From Alphaproteobacteria bacterium (GTDB taxonomy: Bacteria; Pseudomonadota; Alphaproteobacteria; JAAXGF01), in contig CAUVXB020000001.1 in assembly GCA_963555825.3 (NCBI GenBank), positions 416,001 to 480,000 on the forward strand: DNA of 64,000 bases. The letters are read 5' to 3'. The notes below the pieces were generated by a model. The model was not told where the DNA came from, did no database searches, and saw only the letters and a program-made list of their open reading frames with translations. Position numbers and translations under genes: made by a program. Shown here in pieces: positions 50,027 to 59,571 of the stretch. Every line of letters starts with the position of its first letter. The first letter of the stretch is position 1.

Positions 50027-50716
50027 ATCGGTAAGACAGTTCTGATCACCGGCGCCAATCGAGGTCTCGGGCTGCAATTCGCCAAGCAATACGCCGACGA
50101 CGGCTGGCGCGTCCACGCCGCCTGCCGAACGCCGGACGCCGCCGGGGCGTTGAACGAGGCCGCGGCCGGCGGCGCGATGACGCTGCACCGGCTCGATATT
50201 TGCGACGGCGACCAAGTCGGCGCGCTCGCCGCGGCGCTCGCCGGTGAGGCGATCGACGTGCTGCTCAACAATGCCGGCGTGATCGGCGACCGCAGCGCGT
50301 TCGGCGCCACCGACTATACGGTGTGGGAAGCGACGCTGCGGACCAACACGTTGGCGCCGATGCGCATGGCCGAGGCCTTCGCCGACCACGTCGTGGCGAG
50401 CGCGCGCAAGCAGATGGTTTTCGTCTCGAGCCGCATGGGCAGCATCGGCGACAACGGCGAAGGCGGCTCCTACGTCTACCGCTCGTCCAAGGCGGCGCTC
50501 AACGCCGTGATCAAGAGCCTGTCGATCGATCTCGCCGTGCGCGGCGTCACCGCCGTCGCCTTCCACCCGGGTTGGGTGTCGACCGACATGGGCGGCGCGT
50601 CGGCGCCGATCGGCCCGGCCGAGAGCGTCGGCGGCATGCGCCGGGTCATCGAACGGCTGACGCCGGCCGACAACGGCCGCTTCATCAACTACGACGGTTC
50701 GGAAATTCCCTGGTAG
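50027..50716 (+). CDS. SDR oxidoreductase (CsgA/C-factor-like); apparent start codon is ATC
   Basis: TGANRGLG, NNAG, YRSSK, HPGWVSTDMGG; RBS gaggaggg precedes ATC. Confidence 0.8.
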   Translation: MGKTVLITGANRGLGLQFAKQYADDGWRVHAACRTPDAAGALNEAAAGGAMTLHRLDICDGDQVGALAAALAGEAIDVLLNNAGVIGDRSAFGATDYTVWEATLRTNTLAPMRMAEAFADHVVASARKQMVFVSSRMGSIGDNGEGGSYVYRSSKAALNAVIKSLSIDLAVRGVTAVAFHPGWVSTDMGGASAPIGPAESVGGMRRVIERLTPADNGRFINYDGSEIPW

Positions 50717-50737
50717 GGAGGGCGCCGCTCCGGCCAA

Positions 50738-51000
50738 TACCAAGGATCAGTGATAAAGGCCCATAGAGATCGCGGCCGCTTTTCGCCGGTGAGGCAAGGG
50801 AGCCGCGGACGATGCAGCGCATCGGCTAGGCAACCTGGCGCCCTCCGGCGATAAGCGGCCGCGACCCGAATGGCGACCTGCCGTGGCTCTCGGACGTCGT
50901 TCCACCCGTCTTGCGATGCGCTGCATCGCCACGACGGGCGCGCCTAGCCGAAAAACCACGGCAAGCCGTCTCTATGGGTCTTTATCACTGATCCTTGGTA
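50738..51000. mobile_element. MITE-like element (263 bp including flanking TA)
   Basis: 32-bp terminal IRs with one mismatch (taccaaggatcagtgataaagRcccatagaga); no credible internal ORF. Confidence 0.8.
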
Positions 51001-52200
51001 TCAACGGACGTAGACGTGGACCTCGTTGGTCTGGATCGAGGTGCTGATCGCCGCCGACAGCGTCATGCGGTCGCCCGGCAGGCCCATCTCCGAGAGTGAG
51101 CGGAAGACCTGCTCGGCGTTGCGCTTCGAGAGGTTGCTCTTGACAACGACTTGGGCGGGCGTGCCCGAGTTGGCGGTGTAGGCGACGATGTCGAACGCGG
51201 CCGACGGCCTGCTGCCGAGAACCTGGGAGATGGCCGAATAGAGTGCCTGCTTATAAGGCACGTCGGGACGATCGAATCGGATCACGACGAGCGGCCGGCG
51301 CAACGAGCCCAGCGCGCTGCCCGACACCGGGCCCTGCGCGGCCGGCGCGGCGTAGTACGCGCTGTTCGACGAGAAACCGCTGTTGGCGAGCGGTGGGCCG
51401 AACATCTGGCCGTTCTTGATGCCGAGCGAGAGCGTCGTCAGGTGGCGTCGTTCGTTGTTGGCGTACGACGTCTGGCGCATCACCGTATCGTTGAGCTCGC
51501 CGAGCAGCCGGTCGATCAGGACGATCGTGCGGTTGACCTCGTCCTCGACCCTGGCGAGCTGGCGGTGGTCTTCGTCGACCGCGCCCGACAGCCCATAGGC
51601 CGCGCGGATCGATTCGAGCAGATAGGCCGACATGGCCGCCTTGGCGGCGACATCGTTGGCCAGCGTATTGAGCGCCGCAATGTCGGTCAGGATGCGGTCG
51701 AGCTCGCTCTGCGCGGTGTTCCACTGGCTGACCAGCACCGGGTTGCCCGGCGTCGTGCCGATCTGCAGGCGCGCGTTGACCGCCGCGACGATGGCGTAGT
51801 AGCGCTGCGCGTTTTGCTCGGTAATGCCGCGCAACTGTTGGAAGCGCGCCATGTCATTGGTCATCGACGCCTTGAGCGTCTCGAGTTCCTGCGCGTGCTG
51901 GGCGACCTTTGCGCCGACGAAGGTGCCGGTCGCGCCCATCGGCATGGTCGGCGCCGGCATCGTCGTGGCCGCCGGCATGACCGGCGCCGGCGCGGGCGCA
52001 TAAATCGGCGGCGGCGCGGGCGCATAGCTCGGCGTCGGCGAAAACACCGGCGCCGGTTGCTCCGCGGCCGACGGCCCGACGACGATCGTCTCACTCGGCT
52101 CGTCGCCGGTCAGCGTCGGCCAGAGGTCGTCCATCGACGAGCATCCCGCCAGGATCAGCGCTGCGCCGACGACCGCACCACAACTTCTATGACGTACCAT
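51001..52200 (-). CDS. Hypothetical lipoprotein with coiled coil
   Basis: Lipobox LAGC, Pro-rich linker, long helical region, C-terminal RPLVVIRF...NEVHVYVR. Confidence 0.82.
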   Translation of the reverse strand: MVRHRSCGAVVGAALILAGCSSMDDLWPTLTGDEPSETIVVGPSAAEQPAPVFSPTPSYAPAPPPIYAPAPAPVMPAATTMPAPTMPMGATGTFVGAKVAQHAQELETLKASMTNDMARFQQLRGITEQNAQRYYAIVAAVNARLQIGTTPGNPVLVSQWNTAQSELDRILTDIAALNTLANDVAAKAAMSAYLLESIRAAYGLSGAVDEDHRQLARVEDEVNRTIVLIDRLLGELNDTVMRQTSYANNERRHLTTLSLGIKNGQMFGPPLANSGFSSNSAYYAAPAAQGPVSGSALGSLRRPLVVIRFDRPDVPYKQALYSAISQVLGSRPSAAFDIVAYTANSGTPAQVVVKSNLSKRNAEQVFRSLSEMGLPGDRMTLSAAISTSIQTNEVHVYVR

Positions 52201-52485
52201 CCGCACGGCCTGCCTTTTTATTTTCGGGTCCCGACATGCTTTCGTTCAAATCCCAAGGTGCCGCGCGCATGTCCAGACGCGACGCAATATCGAACGAAAG
52301 CGCTTGATTCGATCGGGCCCCCAACTGCTCGCCGAGTGTACTCAAAGGGTTTGGGATCTACAAGTCTGTTTTAGCGGCGCGATTTGCAGGCGTTTCGCGG
52401 CCCGAAACTGCGGCTATCATGCGTCTGCGGGCTTGCTTTGGCGCGCGGAGATGAGTAGGTTCCGCCGACCAATGGCACAGCCATG

Positions 52486-52562
52486 GCGCCCGTAGCTCAG
52501 CTGGATAGAGCACCAGACTACGAATCTGGGGGTCGGGAGTTCGAATCTCTCCGGGCGCGCCA
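52486..52562 (+). tRNA. tRNA-Arg (ACG)
   Basis: 77-nt cloverleaf: D-arm tagctcagctggatagagc, anticodon loop ctACGaa, GTTCGAATC, encoded CCA. Confidence 0.97.
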
Positions 52563-52567
52563 ATTAA

Positions 52568-52607
52568 AACAAGGTCTTAGCTGGAAACAGCTAGGGCCTT
52601 GTTCTTT
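52568..52607 (+). terminator. Hairpin terminator downstream of the tRNA
   Basis: aacaaggtcttagctg-GAAA-cagctagggccttgtt followed by ctt. Confidence 0.6.
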
Positions 52608-53481
52608 GGAATTGTGGTTTGGCTAACAGCGGGCTATCAGGAGGCCCGGAAGAGTCTGGCCGGTACTCCCGTGTGCACAACCGGACCCCGTTTCGCGCGT
52701 TCTACCCCCCTAAAGTGGGCCGGCGCATGGTACTCTGGCCCAACGGTGATGAAAGAATTATGACCGAGCACGAGATTGAGGACTGGCCACAGTTTGTACG
52801 GATCGCCGAAGCGCTAGACGTTGGTGACCCGTCAAAATTGACGTATGCCTTCCGGGGGCACTCCAATGATGGTTGGGAGCTTCTGCCGTCACTTCTTCGA
52901 GGTATAGGCCAGGAGATTTCAGAAGAACGGGCGCTCGATAACGAGGGCAGCGCGCGAGTAGAGTTTCTGGCACAGGCGCACTTACATCTCAATCCACAAA
53001 CGTTGCCGGCACAGAAAGACGCCATCGGTTGGTGGACATTGATGCAGCATCACGGTGCTCCGACCCGCCTCCTGGACTGGACCGAATCCTTCTATGTCGC
53101 GGCGTACTTCGCGGTTGCAGGTCAGCCAGAATCGGCGGGCGCAATTTGGTGCGTCCAGGTAGGGGTGGCTCATGAGCAAGCGGTAGCGAAATACAAATGG
53201 GCCGGGAATCCGGAAACCGTCAGAGAGATTGAGAAGGAATACCTCCAATCCGGTGCGCCGCAGGTAGTGCATTTCCTGCATACAAAATTGAAAACAAATC
53301 GGGTCGTTGTTCAGCAGGGGCTGTTCAGCATCTGTCGTAACGTGCTCGGGGATCACGGTGCTATCCTCGAAGAGACCATGCCGGCTGGCGGAGGAAAAAT
53401 GGTCTTCCAAAAATTTGTGATCCCCGCTCATCTCAAGACCGTTATTTGTATCGCACCCGGTTCCTTGGACACAAGTTTGTC

Positions 53482-54393
53482 TCATGCGGCGGGCCTGAGT
53501 GACATCGCGGTGTGCCACGCCTGACGAGCTTGAGCGGGGCTCAGGTAGCCGTTCTTCTCCACGATCCACTGGGCATTGTACTGTTCGACGAACCCGCGGA
53601 CGGCGTTCCGCAGCTCCGCGATGTTGCGGTAGATGCGGCCATGGATGATCTGTTCCTTGAGCGTGCGATTGAACCTCTCGGCGACGCCGTTGGTCTGGGG
53701 CTGTTCGACGAAGGCGTAGGACGGCTGGATGCCCCAGAACTTGATCTGGTTGGTGAAGTGGTCCGACAGATACTGGGAGCCGTGATCCATCCGCAAGGCC
53801 AGCCCCCGCGCCGCACCGGCGGAGGTCGAGGCATACAGCCTCGCAAGCCCCATGGAGATCGGCTGAAGGGCGGCGAAGCGGTCGCCTCGCTTGCACACAT
53901 GCCAGCCGACGCACTCGGCGTTCCAATGCTCGATGGCGGTGAATATCCAGCCCCAGCCGTCGTCCACCGTGAACACCCGAACGCCGTCCGTGCCCCACAT
54001 GAGGTTGGGGGCATGGGTGATGATCTCACCGACATGGGGATTTCCGCCACGGCGGCGGCAGCGATGGGGCGAGAGCAGGTTGTTCTCGCGCATCACCCGG
54101 AGCCCCCGCTTGCGGGAAACACGGATGCCACGACAGACCCGAAGCCGAGCCCAGACCTTGCGGTGTCCCTCGCCCTCCCAGGGGGATGCCTCCAGGTCGG
54201 CCTCGATGGCCACCAGCAGAGCCTCGTCCGAGATCGAGGGCTTCGGTCCCCGGCGCTTTGCTGGTGGGCGCTCAGCGGTGGCCTGCTGCCGGGATTTCAT
54301 GGCGTAGAACGAGGAACGGGCAAAACCCCAGGCCGCACAGACCCGCTGGAGGCCGTAGGCCAAACCCGTGCCGGGAGAGGTGGCGGCACTCAT
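53482..54393 (-). CDS. IS OrfB DDE transposase
   Basis: Identical translation to 39657..40568. Confidence 0.9.
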   Translation of the reverse strand: MSAATSPGTGLAYGLQRVCAAWGFARSSFYAMKSRQQATAERPPAKRRGPKPSISDEALLVAIEADLEASPWEGEGHRKVWARLRVCRGIRVSRKRGLRVMRENNLLSPHRCRRRGGNPHVGEIITHAPNLMWGTDGVRVFTVDDGWGWIFTAIEHWNAECVGWHVCKRGDRFAALQPISMGLARLYASTSAGAARGLALRMDHGSQYLSDHFTNQIKFWGIQPSYAFVEQPQTNGVAERFNRTLKEQIIHGRIYRNIAELRNAVRGFVEQYNAQWIVEKNGYLSPAQARQAWHTAMSLRPAA

Positions 54394-54821
54394 CGCCGCG
54401 ACCTCCGCCGCCCCAAAGGGCCGGACGTCTCCGTCTTGGCCTCCAGCAGTTCCACCTGCATGATCAACTCCCCGATCCGCTTCATGGCGATGTCCAGTTC
54501 CGCCTTCACCGGATCGCCCTTGCGTTCCTTGAGCGAGGCATCGATCCCGGCGATCGCCTTCTCACGCCACTGCTCGAGCCGGAAAATCTCCACGCCCAAC
54601 TGCCGCGACAAAAGTTCCACCGGCTCGCCACGCAAAAGCCGCAGGGCAACCTCACGCTTGCGCGTCACCGTCCACCGCTGGCCAAGTCCCAGCGGGCCTG
54701 CCGGCGAAACCTGGCCCGGGGAAAACGTGGACGAGCCAAGCTCGCCCTCGTTTACCACAGGCCCATCAACAGCAACTTTGTTCTCAAAATTGTCGGTCAT
54801 GTTCCGGTCCTCCTTGGACAC
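54390..54821 (-). CDS. IS OrfA
   Basis: Identical translation to 39229..39660. Confidence 0.75.
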   Translation of the reverse strand: MSKEDRNMTDNFENKVAVDGPVVNEGELGSSTFSPGQVSPAGPLGLGQRWTVTRKREVALRLLRGEPVELLSRQLGVEIFRLEQWREKAIAGIDASLKERKGDPVKAELDIAMKRIGELIMQVELLEAKTETSGPLGRRRSRR

Positions 54822-55328
54822 TTCGATTAAGCCAATTCTGTGTCCAAGGAAATCGGGTCCGACTCAGCAAGACCGTTATTCTACGGCGCCTGAGAAACAT
54901 GAACATCACCGCGAACTCACTTTTTCCAGGTCTTGATGGTCTAGGGATGTCTATCCGCGAGTACGTTCAGGTGATGCTCGGTTAGCGCGACATCGTCGCC
55001 GCCATAGAGAAAGACGACGCCCTTGAGACAGCGAGGCCCGTTCGTCACGTCCCGGAGTCGAGGATATATACGATGGATGATGAGCATATCGTAGAGACCA
55101 TATAGGCGCAGGAGCGCGAGCGGTGCGCCCAAGTCGTCGAACGACTGGCGAATTGCTACAAGGATGAGCGGCGCAAGAACGCTGCCAGGGATGCGGCGTT
55201 CTTGGTTCGCCATGGCAGGATTGAGACTTAGGCTTCGACGCGGCGATGACCCGCGCGGAATTCGCCGGGCCAGGCTTAGGGTAATGACGCCCAGCAAACC
55301 GTAACGACGCTTCATTGGCGACGCGAGC

Positions 55329-55889
55329 ATGGCCAAAATTCAAGTCAACAAGATTGAAGGCGCACAGCGCCAAATCGATACGGCCATTCGCCTGCTGTTT
55401 GCGAACGAAGATCCGCTAGCAATTCTCACCTTGGCTTCCGGCGCGTTCCGCGTTTTGCGTGATCTCTCGGAATTTCGAGGCGCTGGGCCTCTCTGGGTAG
55501 GTTTCAAAGATGTGATCAAGCCTGGAATGGAGGGCGAGTTTTTTGCTGCTCTTCATATGCCTGCGAACTTCCTCAAGCATGCCGACCGAGCCCCCGATGG
55601 TGTCTTAGACAACCTTGATGAGGCTGCGATCGATGGCATTCTCCAGATGGCGACAGTCCTGTATCGCGATTTGTGCAATGAGATCACCGTGGAGATGAAC
55701 GCATTTACCCTATGGAACGCTGCGATGAGGCCGCATTTTTTTAATTTCCAGGGCGAGGCTAAAGAACGTGTCGACGTCGCAGCGGAAGCCCTGAAGGGCC
55801 TTAGCAGCAGGGCCGAACAGCTTTCGTTTGGAGGGCACCTTCTCGAAGAGCTGCGAGCTAAAGGCGTCGATAGGATACCAATGCCCTAA
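55329..55889 (+). CDS. Hypothetical helical protein (possibly HEPN-like)
   Basis: AQRQIDTAIRLLF..D.LAILTLA and ANFLKHAD motifs; lower GC. Confidence 0.7.
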   Translation: MAKIQVNKIEGAQRQIDTAIRLLFANEDPLAILTLASGAFRVLRDLSEFRGAGPLWVGFKDVIKPGMEGEFFAALHMPANFLKHADRAPDGVLDNLDEAAIDGILQMATVLYRDLCNEITVEMNAFTLWNAAMRPHFFNFQGEAKERVDVAAEALKGLSSRAEQLSFGGHLLEELRAKGVDRIPMP

Positions 55890-55987
55890 AATCGTCACTC
55901 ATTACGCACGGTCCTCTGCGCCGGGACGTGCTGATATGATGGTTGGAGGATTTCGTCGATAAACTCGTGAAGGAAGGCTAGCGGCGC

Positions 55988-56143
55988 ATGGGCATCTTAC
56001 CGCCGAAGAGCGTCTACAGCCGTATCCGCCGCACTCCTTGGCCGAAGGATCAACGGCTTGAGCCGGTATATGAGAATTTGGAACCCGGCGACGAGGGATA
56101 CGAAGAGGCGGACAATCCGCAAGGCGAGCTTACGGACGATTAG
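55988..56143 (+). CDS. Possible 51-aa acidic small protein
   Basis: aaggaagg upstream; MGILPPKSVYSR...GELTDD; no recognisable family. Confidence 0.3.
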   Translation: MGILPPKSVYSRIRRTPWPKDQRLEPVYENLEPGDEGYEEADNPQGELTDD

Positions 56144-56376
56144 CCGCCGAAACTCGCGCCGCGCGTTGCGTAGTTAGCTCTAAGCTTCATTTTTGTGCTG
56201 TCTAGAGACCTATTTGTCTGATGTATGATGGTCGCTCTGTCGCGAGAACCAGACCTTAAATTTCGAACACGGAACTTCGGCAGCGGTATCCAAATAGTTT
56301 GGTAACAAGCTGGCTAATTCCTCTAGTCCGAGTAAAATTGACGATAGGATGTAGCAAATTGGCGAGAGGAGCGACC

Positions 56377-57175
56377 ATGATGCTCACCTTCTTCGTTCCA
56401 ACGATCTTCACATTTTCAACACTCGTGGCTAGCTTCGGCGTTATCGCTGGAGCTGAACTAGACAAACAAACAATCCTGGTTAGTTCAATTCCTAATATAA
56501 CGGGTAGTGTATACCCTCCCCATTACAAAATGCCACGGCGGAATTTTATGATATTTGTTCCCAATGATCATACGTTTTACATGCAACAAGTGGCGAGCGA
56601 GACGTCCTCGCCAACCACGCTGTCCGATGAAGATGCCCGTGATCTGATCGAACTCGAGTGGAATGCGTATTCAATTCCAATTTGGTTGGGTAATTTTCAG
56701 GTCGGCAAGTGGAAGGACGATTTTGAAAATCGGAAGATGTCGTATGACTCTTTCAAATATTATAAAATGGTTCATCATGCGGGATTGGTATCTATCACAA
56801 TACGCGATAAATTGACAAGTTCATTAGACGAGTCATTCTCATGGAATGATTGGTTGAAGTTGAACAAACACGGCAATGTACTACAAATTAACATTTTTCC
56901 GACAAAAAAATGGGTTGTCATTGCAGATGAACGGCAAACCGGGGCTGAATGACAACCTACTGACTGTGAAAGAGGGGCATTATGAAATTAGCCGGATCGT
57001 TCGCAACGAGGAGATTGTACGGGGTTCATCAGTATATAGACTTGTAATGGGAGAGCATCATGCGGAAATTGACACAAGTATTGCAAAATATTTTGAACTA
57101 AGACATGGTATGACAATGGGTCGAGATAGAAAATTTATTGTACTTCTTGAATATGATTATTTTGATGGTGTTTAG
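56377..57175 (+). pseudogene. AT-rich hypothetical exported protein, probably split by a +1 frameshift in an A7 run (56904-56910)
   Basis: ORFs 56299..56952 and 56876..57175 overlap in adjacent frames; deleting one A fuses them. Confidence 0.45.
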
Positions 57176-57375
57176 AAGATAAAGGCTGGAGATTACGCCA
57201 ATAGGGATGCCGAGTTTTCTACCAACAAAGTGAAAAAAACATTGGCGGCCAATTAGGTGGATTGAGGTGCAGATTTCGGATTGGATGCCCCGTGGAAACT
57301 TTGCGAGCGCGCATGTCATAATCGGCCGCATGATGTGACGGGTTGCAGCATACGTGTGGAGAGAAGGAGCCGGAG

Positions 57376-58200
57376 ATGGCACGGCTCGCTCTATTCAAAC
57401 ACGGGACATTTACTCGCCGAATGTTGAAGGCAGGCGTTCTTCTATTCTTGGGCTTGGCGCTGGGCGGATCCGGCTGGGCCATTGTGCCGATGGCCATAAA
57501 GCCGGACGATACAGCGGCCAAAACCTTTACGCCCGCGCCCGGCCAATCGAACATCTATGTTTACCGGGAACGGGAATTGATTGGCGCGCCCCTGCACCTG
57601 TTTCAGCTTGTGGTCGACGGCCTGTTCGTCGGCGGGATCGCGCCCGAGACCTATCACCTCATCGAAGCCGCGCCCGGCTTACATGTGCTCTCAGTCCTCG
57701 CCGTCGCGAATCAACGAGATACCCAGATTTTCGTCGAGGCCGGCAAGAACTACTTTGCCATCGTGATCGGTCTCGAGGGGGAAGGATTTGCGCCGCGCGT
57801 CAACATCTGGCAGGTATCGGACGAAGAGGGCATGGCTGGCGTTTTGGAGGCCAAGCGCGCGGAAGGGTCACCGGTGAAGTTCTTCGCGCCGATCGACAGC
57901 GAGCCGGCTCCCGAATATCTGTCCCATAGGGACGCGATCCTGGCCGATCCGAATTTAGAAAGGGCGTTGACCAGATACTACAATAGCAACCGAGTGCGGA
58001 GAAAACTGCGAGACGGTACGATGAGAGGGGGGCTTTCGAAGATGGAGTCGATTTCAGATTTGAAATTTTCCGGTGTCAACAAAGACTATTTGAAAATACA
58101 GGGAAAATACACCTGGCGCTTTGATAGTAGTTTCGATGCAAAATTTTCAGACTACATTGTATTTACATTGAAAAAACGGGTGAAGATTACGACATATTAG
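57376..58200 (+). CDS. DUF2846-like exported protein with low-GC C-terminal extension
   Basis: AKTFTP.PGQSNIYVYR...VDG...PGLH...EAGKNYF...V.DEEG. Confidence 0.65.
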   Translation: MARLALFKHGTFTRRMLKAGVLLFLGLALGGSGWAIVPMAIKPDDTAAKTFTPAPGQSNIYVYRERELIGAPLHLFQLVVDGLFVGGIAPETYHLIEAAPGLHVLSVLAVANQRDTQIFVEAGKNYFAIVIGLEGEGFAPRVNIWQVSDEEGMAGVLEAKRAEGSPVKFFAPIDSEPAPEYLSHRDAILADPNLERALTRYYNSNRVRRKLRDGTMRGGLSKMESISDLKFSGVNKDYLKIQGKYTWRFDSSFDAKFSDYIVFTLKKRVKITTY

Positions 58201-58278
58201 GTTTCGAGTTGGGGGCGTGGCCGTTCTAGGCTACGCGCCGTGATCGCCCGATTCCCCGGGTCGGCACGACCGGCGATC

Positions 58279-59451
58279 TCACAACACGTCGAAGGCGACG
58301 TCGCCGCCGCCGACCAGCATATGCGGGCCGTCGTCGGTCAGCGCGTAGGTGCCGCCCTGGACGATGCCGATGCCCTCGTCGGGCAGCTCGATGCAGGCGT
58401 GCAGCACGAAGACCATGCCGGGCTCGAGCCGGCGGACGAAGCCGCGGCTGATCTGCAGCGATTCGAGCCAGATCGGCGGGTAGGCGACGCCGATGCCGTA
58501 GCCGAAGCGCATCTGTGCGAACTCGACCAGCCCGGCGGCGGCGAGCGGCTCGAGCGACGCCTCCTCGACCGCGTCGACCGGCACGCCAGGCTCGATGACC
58601 GCGATGCCGGCGGCCAGCGAGGCACGCGCGATGTCGTAGACCTGGCGGACGCGCGGGCCCGGCTCGCCGGCCGCCATGGTGTGCACCGCGACGGCGTGAT
58701 AGCGGTGCGAGACGCCGGCGAACTCGAGGTGCACCAGATCGCCCGGCTCGATGAGGCGCTCGCGTGGCGTGGCGTGGCCGCCCGGCGTGCGCGGCCCGCT
58801 GGCGAGCTCGGTCGGGACCGCCCAGAAGTCGCTGCCGGCGAGCCGCATGGCGCGCTCGACCTCGCCGGCGAGCGCGATCTCGGTCATGCCGGGCCGCAAA
58901 CTGCGGCGCGCCGCCGCCAAGCCGATCGAAGCGAAATCGGCAGCCTCGCGCAGATAGTCCATCTCGCGCGCCGACTTGATCAGCCGCAGATCGCCCAACA
59001 GCCCGGTGGCGTCGGCGACGCGGGCCGGCGCGAGCGCCGCTTCGAGCGCGATGCCGAAGGCGTGGGGCAGGGCGTAGGACTGCAATTCGACCGCGACGCG
59101 GCCGTCGGCCATGCCTTTCTCGCGCGCGATTCCGGCGATCAGGGCGGGCGCATCGTCGGCGTGCAAATGATACTCCCGGACGTCGTCGAGCCACGAGGTC
59201 TCGGCGGCGAGCGGCCGGTCGACGTTGCGCACCAACAGGGTCGGCGCGTCGTCGCCGGTGGTGAACACCAGGGCTTGCGGGCTGTTGACGCTGACCCAGC
59301 TGTCGTAGCCGGCGAGGTAGTAGAGATGCTCGGGCGCGACCGAGACGCAGCCGGCGAACCCGGCGTCGGCCAGGCTGGCCCGCGCCCGCGCCAGTCGCTC
59401 GCGATGCTCGGCATCGGAAAACGCCGCGAAGACCGGTCCGCCCTGGCTCAT
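58279..59451 (-). CDS. M24 hydrolase (DoeA/EutD/creatinase-like)
   Basis: FSDAEHRERL, YYLAGYD, RLIKSARE, RFGYGIGVAYPPIW, MVFVLH. Confidence 0.85.
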   Translation of the reverse strand: MSQGGPVFAAFSDAEHRERLARARASLADAGFAGCVSVAPEHLYYLAGYDSWVSVNSPQALVFTTGDDAPTLLVRNVDRPLAAETSWLDDVREYHLHADDAPALIAGIAREKGMADGRVAVELQSYALPHAFGIALEAALAPARVADATGLLGDLRLIKSAREMDYLREAADFASIGLAAARRSLRPGMTEIALAGEVERAMRLAGSDFWAVPTELASGPRTPGGHATPRERLIEPGDLVHLEFAGVSHRYHAVAVHTMAAGEPGPRVRQVYDIARASLAAGIAVIEPGVPVDAVEEASLEPLAAAGLVEFAQMRFGYGIGVAYPPIWLESLQISRGFVRRLEPGMVFVLHACIELPDEGIGIVQGGTYALTDDGPHMLVGGGDVAFDVL

Positions 59452-59571
59452 CGTCGCCTCTCGGTATGTTCTGTCGGTCGCACGCCAATATAGCATGGCA
59501 GGCGTGGAACGGCGGCGCTTGACGGGCGGCACGCCGGCACCGAGAGTGCGCCTGCAATCGAAGGGGGTCAC

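Larger units (their letters stand above)
53447..54866 (-). mobile_element. IS3-like insertion sequence, 1420 bp, copy 2 (inverted copy of 39184..40603)
   Basis: Identical ORF translations; flanks tCAAGACCGTTATT (53433-53446) and gCAAGACCGTTATT (54867-54880). Confidence 0.9.
52760..54985 (+). pseudogene. FRG domain protein disrupted by an IS3-like element
   Basis: FRGHS, MQHHGAPTRLLDWT, QQGLF; C-terminus LRNMNITANSLFPGLDG resumes after the TSD. Confidence 0.88.

Noticed and set aside
52563-58280. Intact integrative element or prophage at tRNA-Arg
   Set aside because: No integrase, phage genes or duplicated tRNA 3' end were found by eye.
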